A stretch of DNA of 342 bases from a phage: sequence record PQ878354.1. One strand, written 5' to 3'. The stretch's first letter is position 1; each line of letters opens with the position of its first letter. The translations under genes and the position numbers were made by a program. Positions 1 to 342 of the stretch are shown here, piece after piece. Below the pieces are notes generated by a model. The model worked only from the letters and a program-made list of their open reading frames with translations. It was not told the DNA's origin and made no database searches.

Positions 1-342
1 CAACCAAGTTGGTACAGAAGCCTTCTACAACGAAGCAGACACTGGCTTCTCTTCACTTGCTGGTACAGACGACACAATCGGTGGAGAACATCGTTCAGCA
101 AATGCTACCTACTCAATTCCAGGTACAACTGCTCAAACAACTCTTCTCGCCCAAGCTAACGTCTATAACTATAACCAAGCAATGACCACAGCTAATGCTG
201 AAGGTCTTGGTTCTAACGAATCACTCGTGTTCCCAGAAATGTCTTTCTCAATCGAGAAGGTTACAGTTACTGCTCGTACACGTGCTCTAAAGGCTGAATA
301 TTCACTAGAACTCGCTCAAGACCTAAAGGCAATCCATGGTCT
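1..342 (+). CDS. g23: Major capsid protein, T4 gp23-like (Gp23 superfamily); internal fragment, partial at both ends
   Basis: Seen in sequence: the frame with codons starting at position 2 (last complete codon 338-340) has no stop across all 113 codons. The other two forward frames have stops (e.g. TAA 157-159; TGA 183-185) and all three reverse frames are interrupted repeatedly. Translation: NQVGTEAFYNEADTGFSSLAGTDDTIGGEHRSANATYSIPGTTAQTTLLAQANVYNYNQAMTTANAEGLGSNESLVFPEMSFSIEKVTVTARTRALKAEYSLELAQDLKAIHG. Established knowledge (recalled, not searched): the C-terminal 36 residues, PEMSFSIEKVTVTARTRALKAEYSLELAQDLKAIHG, align without gaps to T4 gp23 NEMGFRIDKQVIEAKSRQLKAAYSIELAQDLRAVHG at about 21/36 identities. 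The T4 vertex-protein paralog gp24 carries a related but more divergent version (roughly ...LKTGITVELAQDLEANG...), so gp23 is the better match. The gene symbol is given by homology to T4 gene 23; the name used in this genome is unknown. Confidence 0.85.

Noticed and set aside
10-69. Exact 9-mer tggtacaga at 10-18 and 61-69 (51 bp apart, in phase), with a third ggtaca at 122-127, which could suggest a direct repeat or internal duplication.
   Set aside because: The copies encode Gly-Thr-Glu, Gly-Thr-Asp and Gly-Thr-Thr using the gene's preferred codons (GGT, ACA, GAN). With this much codon bias, a recurring Gly-Thr dipeptide gives identical nucleotides; the flanking sequence does not repeat, so there is no evidence of a repeat element.
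182-241. In-frame ATG codons at 182-184 and 239-241 as alternative translation starts.
   Set aside because: The open frame and protein-level features continue upstream of both, and neither is preceded by a recognisable Shine-Dalgarno sequence. They are internal methionines; the second is the conserved Met in the P/N-E-M motif shared with T4 gp23.
279-339. Short palindromic hexamers cacgtg (279-284) and ccatgg (334-339) as possible regulatory or operator sites.
   Set aside because: Isolated 6-bp palindromes are expected by chance in 342 bp, and both lie inside the conserved coding region (encoding T-R-A and I-H-G). There is no paired half-site or surrounding non-coding context.
1-342. Possible overlapping or antisense ORFs on the reverse strand or in the other forward frames.
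   Set aside because: Every other frame is interrupted by stops (forward frame 1 at 157-159 and beyond, forward frame 3 at 183-185; reverse frames hit stops at complements of TCA/CTA/TTA throughout). The longest open reverse stretch is about 48 codons with no supporting features.
1-342. Alternative assignment as the gp24-like vertex protein, a paralog of gp23.
   Set aside because: The signature segment matches gp23 (LKAxYSxELAQDLxAxHG) better than the gp24 version as I recall it. It cannot be fully excluded without a database search, especially in lineages where a single protein fills both roles.
1-342. A novel defence, toxin or other undescribed system, as the task prompt suggested might be present.
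   Set aside because: The entire window is explained by one well-known structural gene family. There is no intergenic space, second gene, repeat array or unusual RNA structure on which to base such a claim.

Overview
The whole 342-bp window lies inside a single protein-coding gene on the + strand; only one reading frame (codons starting at position 2) is open end to end, and both ends of the gene lie outside the window. Its translation (113 aa) ends in ...ARTRALKAEYSLELAQDLKAIHG, which I recognise from memory as the signature segment of the T4-type (Gp23-family) major capsid protein (T4 gp23 has approximately ...KSRQLKAAYSIELAQDLRAVHG...). This is therefore an internal fragment of a major capsid protein gene from a T4-like myovirus, prophage or viral metagenomic contig, moderately diverged from T4 itself. 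GC content is about 45% (154/342, counted by hand) and codon usage is strongly biased, as expected for a very highly expressed late structural gene. I see no RNA gene, CRISPR repeat, mobile-element end, promoter or terminator, and no evidence of a novel or undescribed system; a window this short inside one gene cannot reveal one. Host and exact phage lineage cannot be determined from the sequence alone.
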